A stretch of 64,000 nt of DNA from Akkermansia muciniphila (GTDB taxonomy: Bacteria > Verrucomicrobiota > Verrucomicrobiia > Limisphaerales > UBA9464), in assembly GCA_945861565.1 (NCBI GenBank), contig CAMAUY010000008.1, positions 6,032 to 70,031 on the forward strand, in the 5' to 3' direction. Under the pieces are notes generated by a model. That model was not told the origin of the DNA. It saw only the letters and a program-made list of their open reading frames with translations, and made no database searches. Of the stretch, positions 10,609 through 20,190 are shown one piece after another; position 1 is the first letter of the stretch; each line of letters begins with the position of its first letter. Both the position numbers and the translations under genes were made by a program.

Positions 10609-13600
10609 GTGCGTTCAGAATTATGCCCGCTCCCTTGGGATAGTAACTTCCTCTTCCGCTCGCTGAATTTCTCCGTACCATCGGCTTCCGTGTTTAGCAT
10701 CCCTGCTTCCTGCCCGCTTCTCGATGGCCTTGTTGCGGTTGCCGCTTGTTCGATGGTGTTTCGCGCCGCCCTCGGGGCGGAGGACCCGTTCGCGGCGGGA
10801 GTCCGTCCCACCGACCCTCTCACTCCCTCCGAGCAGACGGCGAAATTCAGGCTCCCGCCAGGTTTCGAGATCCAGCTCGTCGCGAATGAGCCGGACATTA
10901 ACAAACCCATGAACCTCGCTTTCGACGCGACCGGCCGGCTTTGGGTGACCACCAGCATCGAGTATCCCTGGGCCGCCCCGACCGATCGGCCGGCGCGGGA
11001 TCGACTGATGATCTTCGAGGATTTCGGGCCCGACGGCCGTGCTCGCAAGGTGACCCAGTTCGCCGACGGCCTCAATATTCCCACCGGCGTCTATCCATTC
11101 CGGACGGCGGACAAGCACTGGAAGGCGGTCGTGTGGTCGATCCCCAACATCTGGTTGCTGGAGGACACCGACGGCGATGGCAAGGCCGACAAGCAGGATC
11201 GGCTTTACGGTCCGTTCGATTCCACCCGCGACACCCACGGTAATCAGTCCTCGTTTCGGCGCGGCTTTGACGGCTGGTTGTATTGCACGCATGGATATAA
11301 CAACGACTCGCACGTCACCGCTGGCGATGGTAGTCACGTCGATCTCAATTCCGGCAACACCTATCGTATCCGGCTCGAATCATCGCGCATCGAGCACCAC
11401 ACGCACGGACAAGTAAACCCGTTTGGCGCCGCCTTTGATCCGCGCGGGAATATTTACACTTCCGACTGCCATAGCGCCCCGATTTATCAGCTCATCGCGG
11501 GCGGGTGGTACCCTAGCTTCGGCAAACCTCACGACGGCCTTGGCTATGCCCCGGTTCTGATGGAACACGCCCACGGTTCCACTGCCATCGACGGCTTGAG
11601 CTACTACTCCGACGACCTCTGGCCGGCCGAGTTCAAAGACAACATATTCATCGGAAATGTCATGACGAGCCGCTTGAACCGCGACCGTCTCGAATTTCAT
11701 GGTTCAACCCCGAAGGCGATCGAACAGGAGGATCTTCTGAAGACTGAAGATCCATGGTTCCGGCCGGTGGACACCTGTCTCGGCCCCGACGGCGCTCTTT
11801 ACATTGCTGACTTCTATAACCGCATTATCGGTCACTACGAAGTGCCGCTCACTCATCCAGGCCGCGACCGCGAGCGCGGGCGGATTTGGCGCATTGCCTA
11901 CCGAGGCACCGATGGAAAGGCCGCGCTGCGAATCCCGCGATTGCCGGACGACCTGGCTGGATTGATCGGCGAGCTCGCATCCCCGAGCCAGCCGCGCCGG
12001 ATGCTGGCAATGAATGAAATCCAGGACCGCTTCGGCGCGGCGGCGAAAGACCCGTTGCATCGGGCGCTGGCCCGGCCTGCCAATGCCTACCAGCACGCGC
12101 ACGCACTCTGGCTCGTGCACCGGCTCGGGGGCCTCCACCTTGCCGAACTCAGCGATGCCATGACTTCCAACGACTCCCTCGTGCGCAATCATGCCCAGCG
12201 CGTTGGAGGCGACCTGCTCTATCAGGCGGCTCGCCGGGGGACCGTGCCGGAGGACCTGGTCCAGGGAGCTCAGAGGGCCGCGATGGACGGATTGACGGAC
12301 CGGGATGCACATGTGCGGCGCGCGGCGGCCGAGGCGCTGGGTCATTTGCCTCACCAGAACACGGTCCGCCCATTGCTCAACCTGATCGCCAGGATCGAAA
12401 CGGAAGACACGCATCAGATCTATGTCGCCCGGAAGTCCCTGCGCGATCAACTCGTGGATCGCAATATCTTTAGTTGGGTGCTCGGGCAAGACAACTGGTC
12501 CGCGACTGATATTCAGGCACTGGCCGATGTGGCGCTCGCAGTCAAGTCAGAGATCGCGGGGACTTTTCTCCTGCGTCAGCTGCCTGCCCTGGGGCCGAAC
12601 CGGAAGCTACTCTCTTCCGCGTTGAAACACGCCGCGCAATACGCACCTCCCTCGGAGCTCGAAGCCATCGCCCTCTTCGCGCGCCAAGAATTCTCCGGCG
12701 AGCTCGACTTCCAGCTCGATCTGTTTACGAGCGTGGAACAGGGCGCCAGCCAGCGTGGCGTGACGTTGAGCGATTCCCTGCGGACCTGGGGAACAGAGCT
12801 TTGCGGACAAGCCTTGTCGGCAACACTCGATTCCGTCTGGTACAACACGCCGCTCGAAAACACGATCGACATTGGCAACCCGTGGACCTTTCAGGAGCGC
12901 CGCTGTGCCGACGGCCAGGCGGCAACGCTTCTTTCCAGCCATCCGCGCGGTGAAACATTTACGGGCCGCCTGCGCTCCAGGCCCTTCACCCTGCCGGCCC
13001 GTCTGAGTTTCTACCTGTCCGGACACGACGGTGAACCGGATCGTTCGCCCGCGGGACGCAACGTCGTCCGCCTGCGCGACGCGACGAGCGGCGCCGTCCT
13101 CGCTGAGGCCGCGCCTCCCCGGAACGATACCGCCCAGAAGATTACCTGGGAGCTCGCCGCTCCTGTGGGCAGGCAGGGCATCTTCGAGGCGATTGATGGT
13201 GATAGTTCCGACGCCTGGGCGTGGGTTGCATTCGGGCGCTTCGACCCACCCGTCCTTGCACTGCCATCACGGGCTCCCGGTGCCATCGCCCGCCGGCAGC
13301 AAATCGCCGGTGACCTCGCCGGGCGGCTGCGGCTTCCGGTTGGACCGCAGGCCCAAGCCATTGCTTTCGGACAGGAATTTGATATCGAGGCGCGGGCTTC
13401 CGCGATTCGTGCCTTCGCCGCGCTCGACCGAGCCGCGGCCACACCGACCCTGGCACCGCTGCTGCAGGACAGCGCCCAACCGCTCCGATTGCGTGAGGCG
13501 GTTGGACTCGCGCTGCTCGATTCGGAACAAGGCGGGGCGCGGGCCGATGTGATCGCCGCGATGAAATCTGTGCCGTACCGGCTGCAAGTGAGCTGGGCGC

Positions 13601-14247
13601 AAACGCTCGCGGCTTCCACGGCGGGTTCCACGGCTCTTCTCGACGCCATCGCCAGCGGCGTGGTCCCACCGCGGATTCTTCTCGAACGCGCCGTAAAGGA
13701 TCGCCTGGCGACGGGCAAGTCGACCGAAATCGGCACGCGGATCGCAAAGCTGACCCAAGACTTGCCGCCGACCGATCGCGAGCGAGACCGCTTGATCAAT
13801 CGCCGCCGGGACGCCTATTCCACTGCGAAGACAAGACCGGGAGTCGGCGAACAAATCTTCCTGAAGAACTGCGCCGTCTGCCACCAAATGGAGGGCAAGG
13901 GCGCATTGGTCGGGCCACAACTCACCGGCATCGGCACGCGCGGCCTCGAACGTCTCTGCGAGGATATCCTCGATCCGAACCGCAACGTGGATGTGAATTT
14001 CCGCACCACGGTCCTAACCCTGAAGGACGGTGACACCGTGAGTGGTTTGTTCCGTCGCTCGGAGGGGGAACTTCTCGTCCTCGCCGATGCTGCCGGCAAG
14101 GAGTTTACCGTGCCGACACCGACCGTTCGTGAGCGGACCCAGACCGAGTCCTCGTTGATGCCCGACAACTTTGGCGACGTAATCACTCCCGAGGATTTCA
14201 ACGCACTGCTCACGTTCCTGCAGGCGAAACAGGGTGATGCAAAATGA
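10609..14247 (+). CDS. PVC-type heme-binding CxxCH protein (sorbosone dehydrogenase-like propeller + HEAT repeats + cytochrome c)
   Basis: FRLPPGFEIQLVANEPDINKPMNLAFD, DGDGKAD repeats, FRPVD..GPDGALYIADFYN, CAVCH, GPQLTGIG; true start probably downstream of 10609. Confidence 0.9.
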   Translation: MRSELCPLPWDSNFLFRSLNFSVPSASVFSIPASCPLLDGLVAVAACSMVFRAALGAEDPFAAGVRPTDPLTPSEQTAKFRLPPGFEIQLVANEPDINKPMNLAFDATGRLWVTTSIEYPWAAPTDRPARDRLMIFEDFGPDGRARKVTQFADGLNIPTGVYPFRTADKHWKAVVWSIPNIWLLEDTDGDGKADKQDRLYGPFDSTRDTHGNQSSFRRGFDGWLYCTHGYNNDSHVTAGDGSHVDLNSGNTYRIRLESSRIEHHTHGQVNPFGAAFDPRGNIYTSDCHSAPIYQLIAGGWYPSFGKPHDGLGYAPVLMEHAHGSTAIDGLSYYSDDLWPAEFKDNIFIGNVMTSRLNRDRLEFHGSTPKAIEQEDLLKTEDPWFRPVDTCLGPDGALYIADFYNRIIGHYEVPLTHPGRDRERGRIWRIAYRGTDGKAALRIPRLPDDLAGLIGELASPSQPRRMLAMNEIQDRFGAAAKDPLHRALARPANAYQHAHALWLVHRLGGLHLAELSDAMTSNDSLVRNHAQRVGGDLLYQAARRGTVPEDLVQGAQRAAMDGLTDRDAHVRRAAAEALGHLPHQNTVRPLLNLIARIETEDTHQIYVARKSLRDQLVDRNIFSWVLGQDNWSATDIQALADVALAVKSEIAGTFLLRQLPALGPNRKLLSSALKHAAQYAPPSELEAIALFARQEFSGELDFQLDLFTSVEQGASQRGVTLSDSLRTWGTELCGQALSATLDSVWYNTPLENTIDIGNPWTFQERRCADGQAATLLSSHPRGETFTGRLRSRPFTLPARLSFYLSGHDGEPDRSPAGRNVVRLRDATSGAVLAEAAPPRNDTAQKITWELAAPVGRQGIFEAIDGDSSDAWAWVAFGRFDPPVLALPSRAPGAIARRQQIAGDLAGRLRLPVGPQAQAIAFGQEFDIEARASAIRAFAALDRAAATPTLAPLLQDSAQPLRLREAVGLALLDSEQGGARADVIAAMKSVPYRLQVSWAQTLAASTAGSTALLDAIASGVVPPRILLERAVKDRLATGKSTEIGTRIAKLTQDLPPTDRERDRLINRRRDAYSTAKTRPGVGEQIFLKNCAVCHQMEGKGALVGPQLTGIGTRGLERLCEDILDPNRNVDVNFRTTVLTLKDGDTVSGLFRRSEGELLVLADAAGKEFTVPTPTVRERTQTESSLMPDNFGDVITPEDFNALLTFLQAKQGDAK

Positions 14248-16196
14248 GAGTTGACCGTTTCGTCCTCATCGCCTGGTTGGGGTGGCTCTTGGTCACACAT
14301 TCGCTGGCCCAGGAACCCGCATCCGTATCGACCCCGCCCGGTCGCGAAGCGAAAATCGGCGACCTCCGACCAGAGGTCGTCGTCCTGCCCAAATCGGTTC
14401 CCGACCCAATCGAACCCTTTAATCGAATCGTTTATAGCATTAACAATGGGATTATGGCCGTGTTGATCAAGCCGACCGCCAATCTTTACCGGCACATCGT
14501 CATCAAGCCGGTCAGGACGGGGATTAGCCATTTCGGCAGGAATCTCTCGTTTCCAGGTCGGCTCCTCAACAACTTGCTGCAGGGAAAGTGGAGCGGAGCC
14601 CGCGATGAAACCACCCGGTTTGTTTGCAACACGACCGTCGGGTTGGCGGGGGTGTGGGATGTGGCGACCCGATGGAAGGTTCCGAAATCGGACGCCGACT
14701 TTGGTGAGACTTTCGGCCAATGGGGCTGGAAGCCGTGCTGCTTTCTGATGCTGCCTCTTTTTGGCCCGAGCAATGAACGCGATTCACTCGGTCTCGCGAT
14801 GGACACGATGGCACACCCTCTGATGTATTTCGCTCCCTACCAGTTCAATTCGGTCAATCCGCTGACCTACATTGGCCCCTATACTTATTTCAGCTACGCA
14901 AACACGTACAATACTCTTGCTGACAGCATTGACGAATATGTCCGCTTTAGTCAGGCCGAAATGGATCCGTATTCGGAGATCCAGTATGCCTGGACCTTCG
15001 CGCGGGAGAATCGAGTGGCGGATTTTAAGGTTAAGGGCAGTCAAGACACCGCACTCCTGGAAACTCTCCAATCGGTCTTTTTTACCTTCAAGGACCCCGG
15101 TTTTCCAGATCGCGGCAAGACTCGTTCGGTCCTGATTCCGGCGACGGGCCGGAAGTTGCCATTTACCTTTTGGTTGCAATCCAGCAATGCTCCGGTGGTC
15201 TATATTGTTCCAGGTCTGGGCTCGCATCGACTGGCTCAGCCCTCGCTGGCTCTGGCCGAACTGGCCTACAAGAACGGCTTCTCGGCCGTTTGTGTCAGCA
15301 GCACGTTCAATTCCGAGTTCATGGAACGGGCCTCCACCGCCGCCCTGCCAGCCTATCTGCCGGTCGATGGACACGATATGCATGTCGCGCTGACAGAAAT
15401 GGATAGGCACCTCAATGCGATGTACCCGAATCGATTGGGTCGTAGGGGGCTCCTGGGCTATTCCATGGGCGGACTACACACCCTGTTCATCGCGGCCACC
15501 TCTCCGACGAATGCCTTGCCCTTGCTACCGTTTGACCGATTCGTCGCCGTCCATACTCCGGTGCGATTGCTTCATGGAGTAGCCAAGCTGGATGAATTTT
15601 ACCAGGCACCCTTGGGTTGGCCGGCCGCCGAGAGGATCGACAACCTCGAAAATGCCTTCCTGAAGGTCGCCGCGTTGAGCAAGGGCACACTCACACCGCA
15701 TACCTCGCTGCCTTTCGATGCGATCGAGTCGAAGTTTCTTATCGGATTGACGTTCCGGTTGATGCTCCGTGACATTATTTTCAGCAGTCAGCGACGGATC
15801 AATCAGGGAGTCCTCAAACACACCGTCAATAACTTGAAGCGCACCCCCGTCTACCAGGAGATCCTTGAAAATTCCTACCGGGACTATTTTGAGAAGTTTG
15901 TCATTCCCTATTACGCGACCAGGGGTCTGACGACTGGAACCGCCGAGGCTCTAGAGCAAGCCGATGATTTGCGAACGTATGAAGCCGCCCTGCGTGGCAA
16001 CTCCGATATTCGTGTCATCGTTAATCGCAACGATTTTCTTTTGGCGGCAGAGGATCTGGCCTGGTTGCACACCACGTTTGGACCGGAACGATTGTCTGTT
16101 TTCGAACAGGGCGGGCATCTGGGAAATCTCTTTAGTCCGGCGGTGCAGGAGACAATTCTGGAGGCTCTGTCCGGGTTGAAATCAGCGCCACCGTGA
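14244..16196 (+). CDS. MlaA/VacJ-family domain fused to a C-terminal alpha/beta hydrolase (lipase-like)
   Basis: DPIEPFNR, NTTVGLAGVWDVA, DFGETFGQWG, LMLPLFGPSNERD (VacJ); then VPGLGSH, GYSMGG, NDFLL, GGHLG (hydrolase triad). Confidence 0.85.
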   Translation: MRVDRFVLIAWLGWLLVTHSLAQEPASVSTPPGREAKIGDLRPEVVVLPKSVPDPIEPFNRIVYSINNGIMAVLIKPTANLYRHIVIKPVRTGISHFGRNLSFPGRLLNNLLQGKWSGARDETTRFVCNTTVGLAGVWDVATRWKVPKSDADFGETFGQWGWKPCCFLMLPLFGPSNERDSLGLAMDTMAHPLMYFAPYQFNSVNPLTYIGPYTYFSYANTYNTLADSIDEYVRFSQAEMDPYSEIQYAWTFARENRVADFKVKGSQDTALLETLQSVFFTFKDPGFPDRGKTRSVLIPATGRKLPFTFWLQSSNAPVVYIVPGLGSHRLAQPSLALAELAYKNGFSAVCVSSTFNSEFMERASTAALPAYLPVDGHDMHVALTEMDRHLNAMYPNRLGRRGLLGYSMGGLHTLFIAATSPTNALPLLPFDRFVAVHTPVRLLHGVAKLDEFYQAPLGWPAAERIDNLENAFLKVAALSKGTLTPHTSLPFDAIESKFLIGLTFRLMLRDIIFSSQRRINQGVLKHTVNNLKRTPVYQEILENSYRDYFEKFVIPYYATRGLTTGTAEALEQADDLRTYEAALRGNSDIRVIVNRNDFLLAAEDLAWLHTTFGPERLSVFEQGGHLGNLFSPAVQETILEALSGLKSAPP

Positions 16197-16218
16197 GCCC
16201 AGGCAGAAGAGAATCGTG

Positions 16219-17400
16219 TCAGATCGTCAAGGGCTTGGCGCGGTATTTCTTCAGCGCATCGATGTCGAGATCGATGCCGAGTCCGGGCTTCGTCGGCGGC
16301 AGTAAAACGCCGTCTTTGAATGTAAGGCCGTCGTCGCAGAGGTCACGACGCAGCGCCGAATCGCAGAGGGACGCCGGCAGGTATTCAATGAACGGACAAT
16401 GCGGGATCGCGAACGCGAGGTGCGCCGTCGCGGCGATGCCGATACCGGTTTTCCAGCAATGCGGCACAATCTGTCTGCCGCGGTCCTCTGCCATGTGACA
16501 GACTCGCATCGACTCGGTGAATCCACCGCAGCGCCCCACATCCGGTTGCGCCACGTCGACCCGGCCGACATCCAGGAGTTGCCGAAACTCGTGCCGACTA
16601 TTGAGCCATTCGCCGGCGGCAATCCGCATCGGAGCTTCCCGCGCCAACTGCGCGTAACCCTCCAGATTGTCCACCCGGAGCGGCGTTTCAAGGAAGTAGA
16701 TGTCGAGATCCGCCCATTGACTCACTGTCCGCAGGCACGTCGGTGCGTCGCGCCAGAGATATTGCACGTCGACCATCAGCGCAAAATCTTTCCCCACCGC
16801 TTCCCGCACTGCGCGGACAACTTCTGTCGCCTGCTCGTCGGTGCCACGCAGGCTTTGGTGACGATACGGTCCATTCAAAGTACACTCCATTTTTCCCGCC
16901 CGGAATCCCGCCTTTTTTGCCTTCTTCGCCCACGACACCAACGTCTGGGTGTACGTCTTAACGTTCGTCCCCTCCGGTTGGAGTGACGCATACGGTGTGA
17001 TGGTTTTTTGCACGGCTCCCCCGAGCAATTTGTACACCGGCTTGCCCACCGCCTTTCCTTTGATGTCCCACAGTGCCATGTCGATCGCGCCCATCGCGCA
17101 GAGCACCGGCCCGCTGCGTCCGGACATGCATGTCGCTTCGTACGCCCGGTCCCAAAGTGCGGTGGTCTCGAAAGGATCCTGACCGAGGTAAACGTCCTTC
17201 AGGCTCATCGCCATCGAGTGACTGCCCGGTGCTTCGATCGCAGCCCGTGCGAGCCACGGACCCGTATCGGTTTCGCCCACGCCGGTAATCCCGTCATCGG
17301 TCTGCACGAGGACAACGAGATTATCCTGCGACGAGCTGGTGGCATCTTCTTTGAGGTCGGGCACGACGAGCACATGGCATTCGATGGCGGTTATTGTCAT
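16219..17400 (-). CDS. Mandelate racemase/muconate lactonizing enzyme family protein
   Basis: TDDGITGVGE, AIDMALWDIKGK, LMVDVQ, FLETP, AAGEW, QPDVGRCGG, VPHCW. Confidence 0.9.
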   Translation of the reverse strand: MTITAIECHVLVVPDLKEDATSSSQDNLVVLVQTDDGITGVGETDTGPWLARAAIEAPGSHSMAMSLKDVYLGQDPFETTALWDRAYEATCMSGRSGPVLCAMGAIDMALWDIKGKAVGKPVYKLLGGAVQKTITPYASLQPEGTNVKTYTQTLVSWAKKAKKAGFRAGKMECTLNGPYRHQSLRGTDEQATEVVRAVREAVGKDFALMVDVQYLWRDAPTCLRTVSQWADLDIYFLETPLRVDNLEGYAQLAREAPMRIAAGEWLNSRHEFRQLLDVGRVDVAQPDVGRCGGFTESMRVCHMAEDRGRQIVPHCWKTGIGIAATAHLAFAIPHCPFIEYLPASLCDSALRRDLCDDGLTFKDGVLLPPTKPGLGIDLDIDALKKYRAKPLTI

Positions 17401-17414
17401 GGGCGTAACAAGTT

Positions 17415-18374
17415 TCAATACCATTTCCGAGGTCGAACGTCTATTTCCAGGTCAAACCCGACCAACTGCTTGAAGGTATTGAGATCCGAATTGCGAAAGT
17501 GATAAGGATAAATTACGCGCGGACGGAAGCTCCGGGTCGCATTTGCCGCGTCGCCCACGGACATGGTGAAGGGGAGGTTCATGCACAGAAAGGCTACGTC
17601 GATGTTTTGCAGGGCTCGCATTTCGGGGATATTGCCGGTGTCGCCGCTGATGTAAAATTGGCGGTCGCCCATCGTGACCACATAACCGTTCCCTGTCCCT
17701 TGGGGGTGATTGAGATTGTACGCGGGAATCGCCTCCACGGGCAGGCCGAGGACATTGGTCGATCCGCCATTTGCCAGGGGAATGGTCTGCGCCTTCAATG
17801 TCGATGAGAGGCTGCTATAAATCGCAGCCGGTGCAATCAGGATGGTTTCGGCCTGCTTGACCGCCGTGAGCGTCGCACTATCAAAGTGATCACTGTGGCT
17901 GTGACTGACGAGGATCAGATTGGCCCTAGGCAATCCTTGATAAGGCGTGGCCCCGTTCACGGGATCATTATAAATAACAACGTTGTTCCAGCGCATTAAG
18001 AAGCTTGCGTGATTCACGGGTTGGATTACCACGTCGCCCGCTGCTGTCTGCACGTGGTCGCCGACAAAAACGCCCGGGTCCGACACTGCGACTGCCCGGT
18101 AAAATCGGGCACTAGCGAAGCGGGCACCACCGTCGGTAAACGGATTGGTGCCAAGGCTCTTGGCCGTTACGAGTGTACGCCATGACGGCAGTTCTTCAGT
18201 TGTTTCCAGGCGAAAATGGCGTCCTGGTGTGACGGCGATTTTCAAGGCCACTTCTCCGTTGGTCTGCCGGAGTACCTCGGTGAAACGAGGGATCTCTTGG
18301 GCGCGGAGGGCCGCCCCAATCGTCAACCCAGCCGCCGCCACCCCCAGAATAATCCGCCCGGTCAAATCCTTCAT
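17415..18374 (-). CDS. MBL-fold metallo-hydrolase (Lactamase_B_3/UlaG-like) with N-terminal beta-rich module
   Basis: SHSHSDHFD metal motif, HASF, GNGYVV, YISGDT, AFLCMNLPFTM, PYHF; signal peptide. Confidence 0.85.
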   Translation of the reverse strand: MKDLTGRIILGVAAAGLTIGAALRAQEIPRFTEVLRQTNGEVALKIAVTPGRHFRLETTEELPSWRTLVTAKSLGTNPFTDGGARFASARFYRAVAVSDPGVFVGDHVQTAAGDVVIQPVNHASFLMRWNNVVIYNDPVNGATPYQGLPRANLILVSHSHSDHFDSATLTAVKQAETILIAPAAIYSSLSSTLKAQTIPLANGGSTNVLGLPVEAIPAYNLNHPQGTGNGYVVTMGDRQFYISGDTGNIPEMRALQNIDVAFLCMNLPFTMSVGDAANATRSFRPRVIYPYHFRNSDLNTFKQLVGFDLEIDVRPRKWY

Positions 18375-18377
18375 ACG

Positions 18378-19733
18378 TCATTGTCCTGCATCGAGCAGCT
18401 TTCGAAGTGCACTCATCAGAATTAATTCAGATCCAGGCCCGACATACGTCGCGTCCGGGCTGGTTTCGTACCCGCCCTCTGAATAAGCCACCGCCGTACC
18501 GATATATGCCGTACCGTAGTCGCCATACGCTGCCATGGCGACGTTGAGGTCCGGTCGGAGTTTTTGCGCGGCCAGTTGATATTCGACGAACAATTCTCCG
18601 GGCAGGTTCAGTATTCGCGTGCTGCCAAGTTGTAGACAGGATACCTCGATCGCCAGTCCGGTCTCCCGACGTTCCATCCAGGCAAGCATCGGGGCGACGG
18701 TGTAGAGTGCGGGCGTCTTGAGTCGCGCTTCAATCTTGTCCCGATCCAGCTGGCCTCCCACAGGGATCGACACCCGCTCGACTCCCCATTTCAAGTCTTC
18801 GGATTGGACGCGAGTTCGGCGGGTAGCAGCCCAGGCACGCGCCATGCCATCGGCGAGGCGGCCGGCGAGCACCGCACGGTTGGTGACGGCTCCGTTGTTG
18901 TACTTTCCGGCCCCCAGATTGCCACCCGCGCCATTGAAATGGACATGTTTCACCCCGGGAAGCGCCTGGTCACGGAGGAATCGGGCGATGCCTGGAAAAT
19001 CGGGATTCGCAATCCCTGTGCGATAGTAACTCTGCGGATGGCACGCATAGTAACTCAAAACCGCGATAGGACGATCGCTGTCCCAAAAGCTGACCAGCGT
19101 CACGAAGGGATCGATGACTCCCTCCGGCTCCGCCCGCAACGCGGGATCCCTGGTGGCTGTGTAACGCACCGCTTTGATTTTTCCGTCCGGCCCGGGAATC
19201 CGCCGATTGGAGGCAATCTCCTTCACTTCCGCCCGGCCCCACCCGACTTGATTGAACGCATGGGTATTTGTCATCGCACCCGACAGGGCCGCGGCGGCGC
19301 GGGCAATCGTCGGTCGCCCCCAGGCGGCATCAAACGAACCTGGCGGAAGTTTCCTCTGCCGCAGCACACGCTCCGTTGTGGTGTCGAACACGGGGGCGTC
19401 ATGCTGATGAATCGCGTGCACACTGACCCGGCTACGGGAGGTTCCGGCCGCTGCCGCCAGTGCCTCCCGAAACTCGTCATGCCCGCCATTGGCAATGCCA
19501 ATCCAGTCCACCGAGCAAAGCACCACAGGTTCTCCCATCCCTGTGATGACCACACCTCGACAGCGCAGTCCAAGTTCGCCGACCGCTTTCATCGGATCGT
19601 ACATCAACTGGCTGCCGGTTGGCGGGGTGGCGTCGACATCAAAGGTCCCGATGTGCAAGGCGGCGCCAGACACCAATTGGGCGGACAGACCTCCACAGAC
19701 CAGGAGGACGAGAAATCGGACGAGGGCAGGCAT
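18378..19733 (-). CDS. Neutral/alkaline ceramidase-like exported protein
   Basis: Signal peptide; HAIHQHDAP, NRR, YYACHP, FNGAGGN, LPGELFVEYQL, GYE motifs; start placed at ATG 19733. Confidence 0.65.
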   Translation of the reverse strand: MPALVRFLVLLVCGGLSAQLVSGAALHIGTFDVDATPPTGSQLMYDPMKAVGELGLRCRGVVITGMGEPVVLCSVDWIGIANGGHDEFREALAAAAGTSRSRVSVHAIHQHDAPVFDTTTERVLRQRKLPPGSFDAAWGRPTIARAAAALSGAMTNTHAFNQVGWGRAEVKEIASNRRIPGPDGKIKAVRYTATRDPALRAEPEGVIDPFVTLVSFWDSDRPIAVLSYYACHPQSYYRTGIANPDFPGIARFLRDQALPGVKHVHFNGAGGNLGAGKYNNGAVTNRAVLAGRLADGMARAWAATRRTRVQSEDLKWGVERVSIPVGGQLDRDKIEARLKTPALYTVAPMLAWMERRETGLAIEVSCLQLGSTRILNLPGELFVEYQLAAQKLRPDLNVAMAAYGDYGTAYIGTAVAYSEGGYETSPDATYVGPGSELILMSALRKLLDAGQ

Positions 19734-19787
19734 TGCGAAACGATTATCCGTGGGACGACAATCAGCAACCGGATTTCCGGCCCGACC

Positions 19788-20190
19788 GGGGTGGATGACC
19801 AAAATCTTCAGGAGTTCCCGCATCACCCCCGTTACTCCTGCAAACGGGTCGATGCCTTGATCGGGCTCTTCCCGACCGGAGCCACGCGTTAGGATTCGCA
19901 CGCGAAGCCGCGAAGCAGAGCAGGCTCGGACGACAACGTCGGCATGGATCTAACTCGATGCGGATATTGCGGGGGGGAAGAACCGCGGATTCAGTCGGAT
20001 TGACACGGATAAAGAGGAAGCCGTTGCCTCTCACCTTGTGAGTGAGCGCCCGGAATCAGCGTTTATCGGCGTTCATCCGTGGTTCCACACTCCGGTTCAT
20101 TGGATTACTGGAATATCCAGGCAGACGGCCTGGTCGAAATTCATCAAAAATCGCCGAAAATTTAATCTTTTCAGATTTTTGTCTCAAACC
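19788..20190 (+). repeat. ~400-bp composite repeat, left copy (inverted relative to 25837-26243)
   Basis: Aligns with the reverse complement of 25837-26243: first ~135 nt with 6 mismatches, ~50 nt divergent, last ~220 nt about 90% identical. Confidence 0.95.

Noticed and set aside
18804-19892. 362-aa plus-strand ORF, and the 56-codon N-terminal extension of the ceramidase-like ORF
   Set aside because: Antisense shadow; the extension simply reads through repeat module A, and a signal peptide begins at 19733.
19981-20094. Tandem 10-bp units as a possible CRISPR array
   Set aside because: Only three units per arm, inverted arms, no unique spacers and no cas genes.
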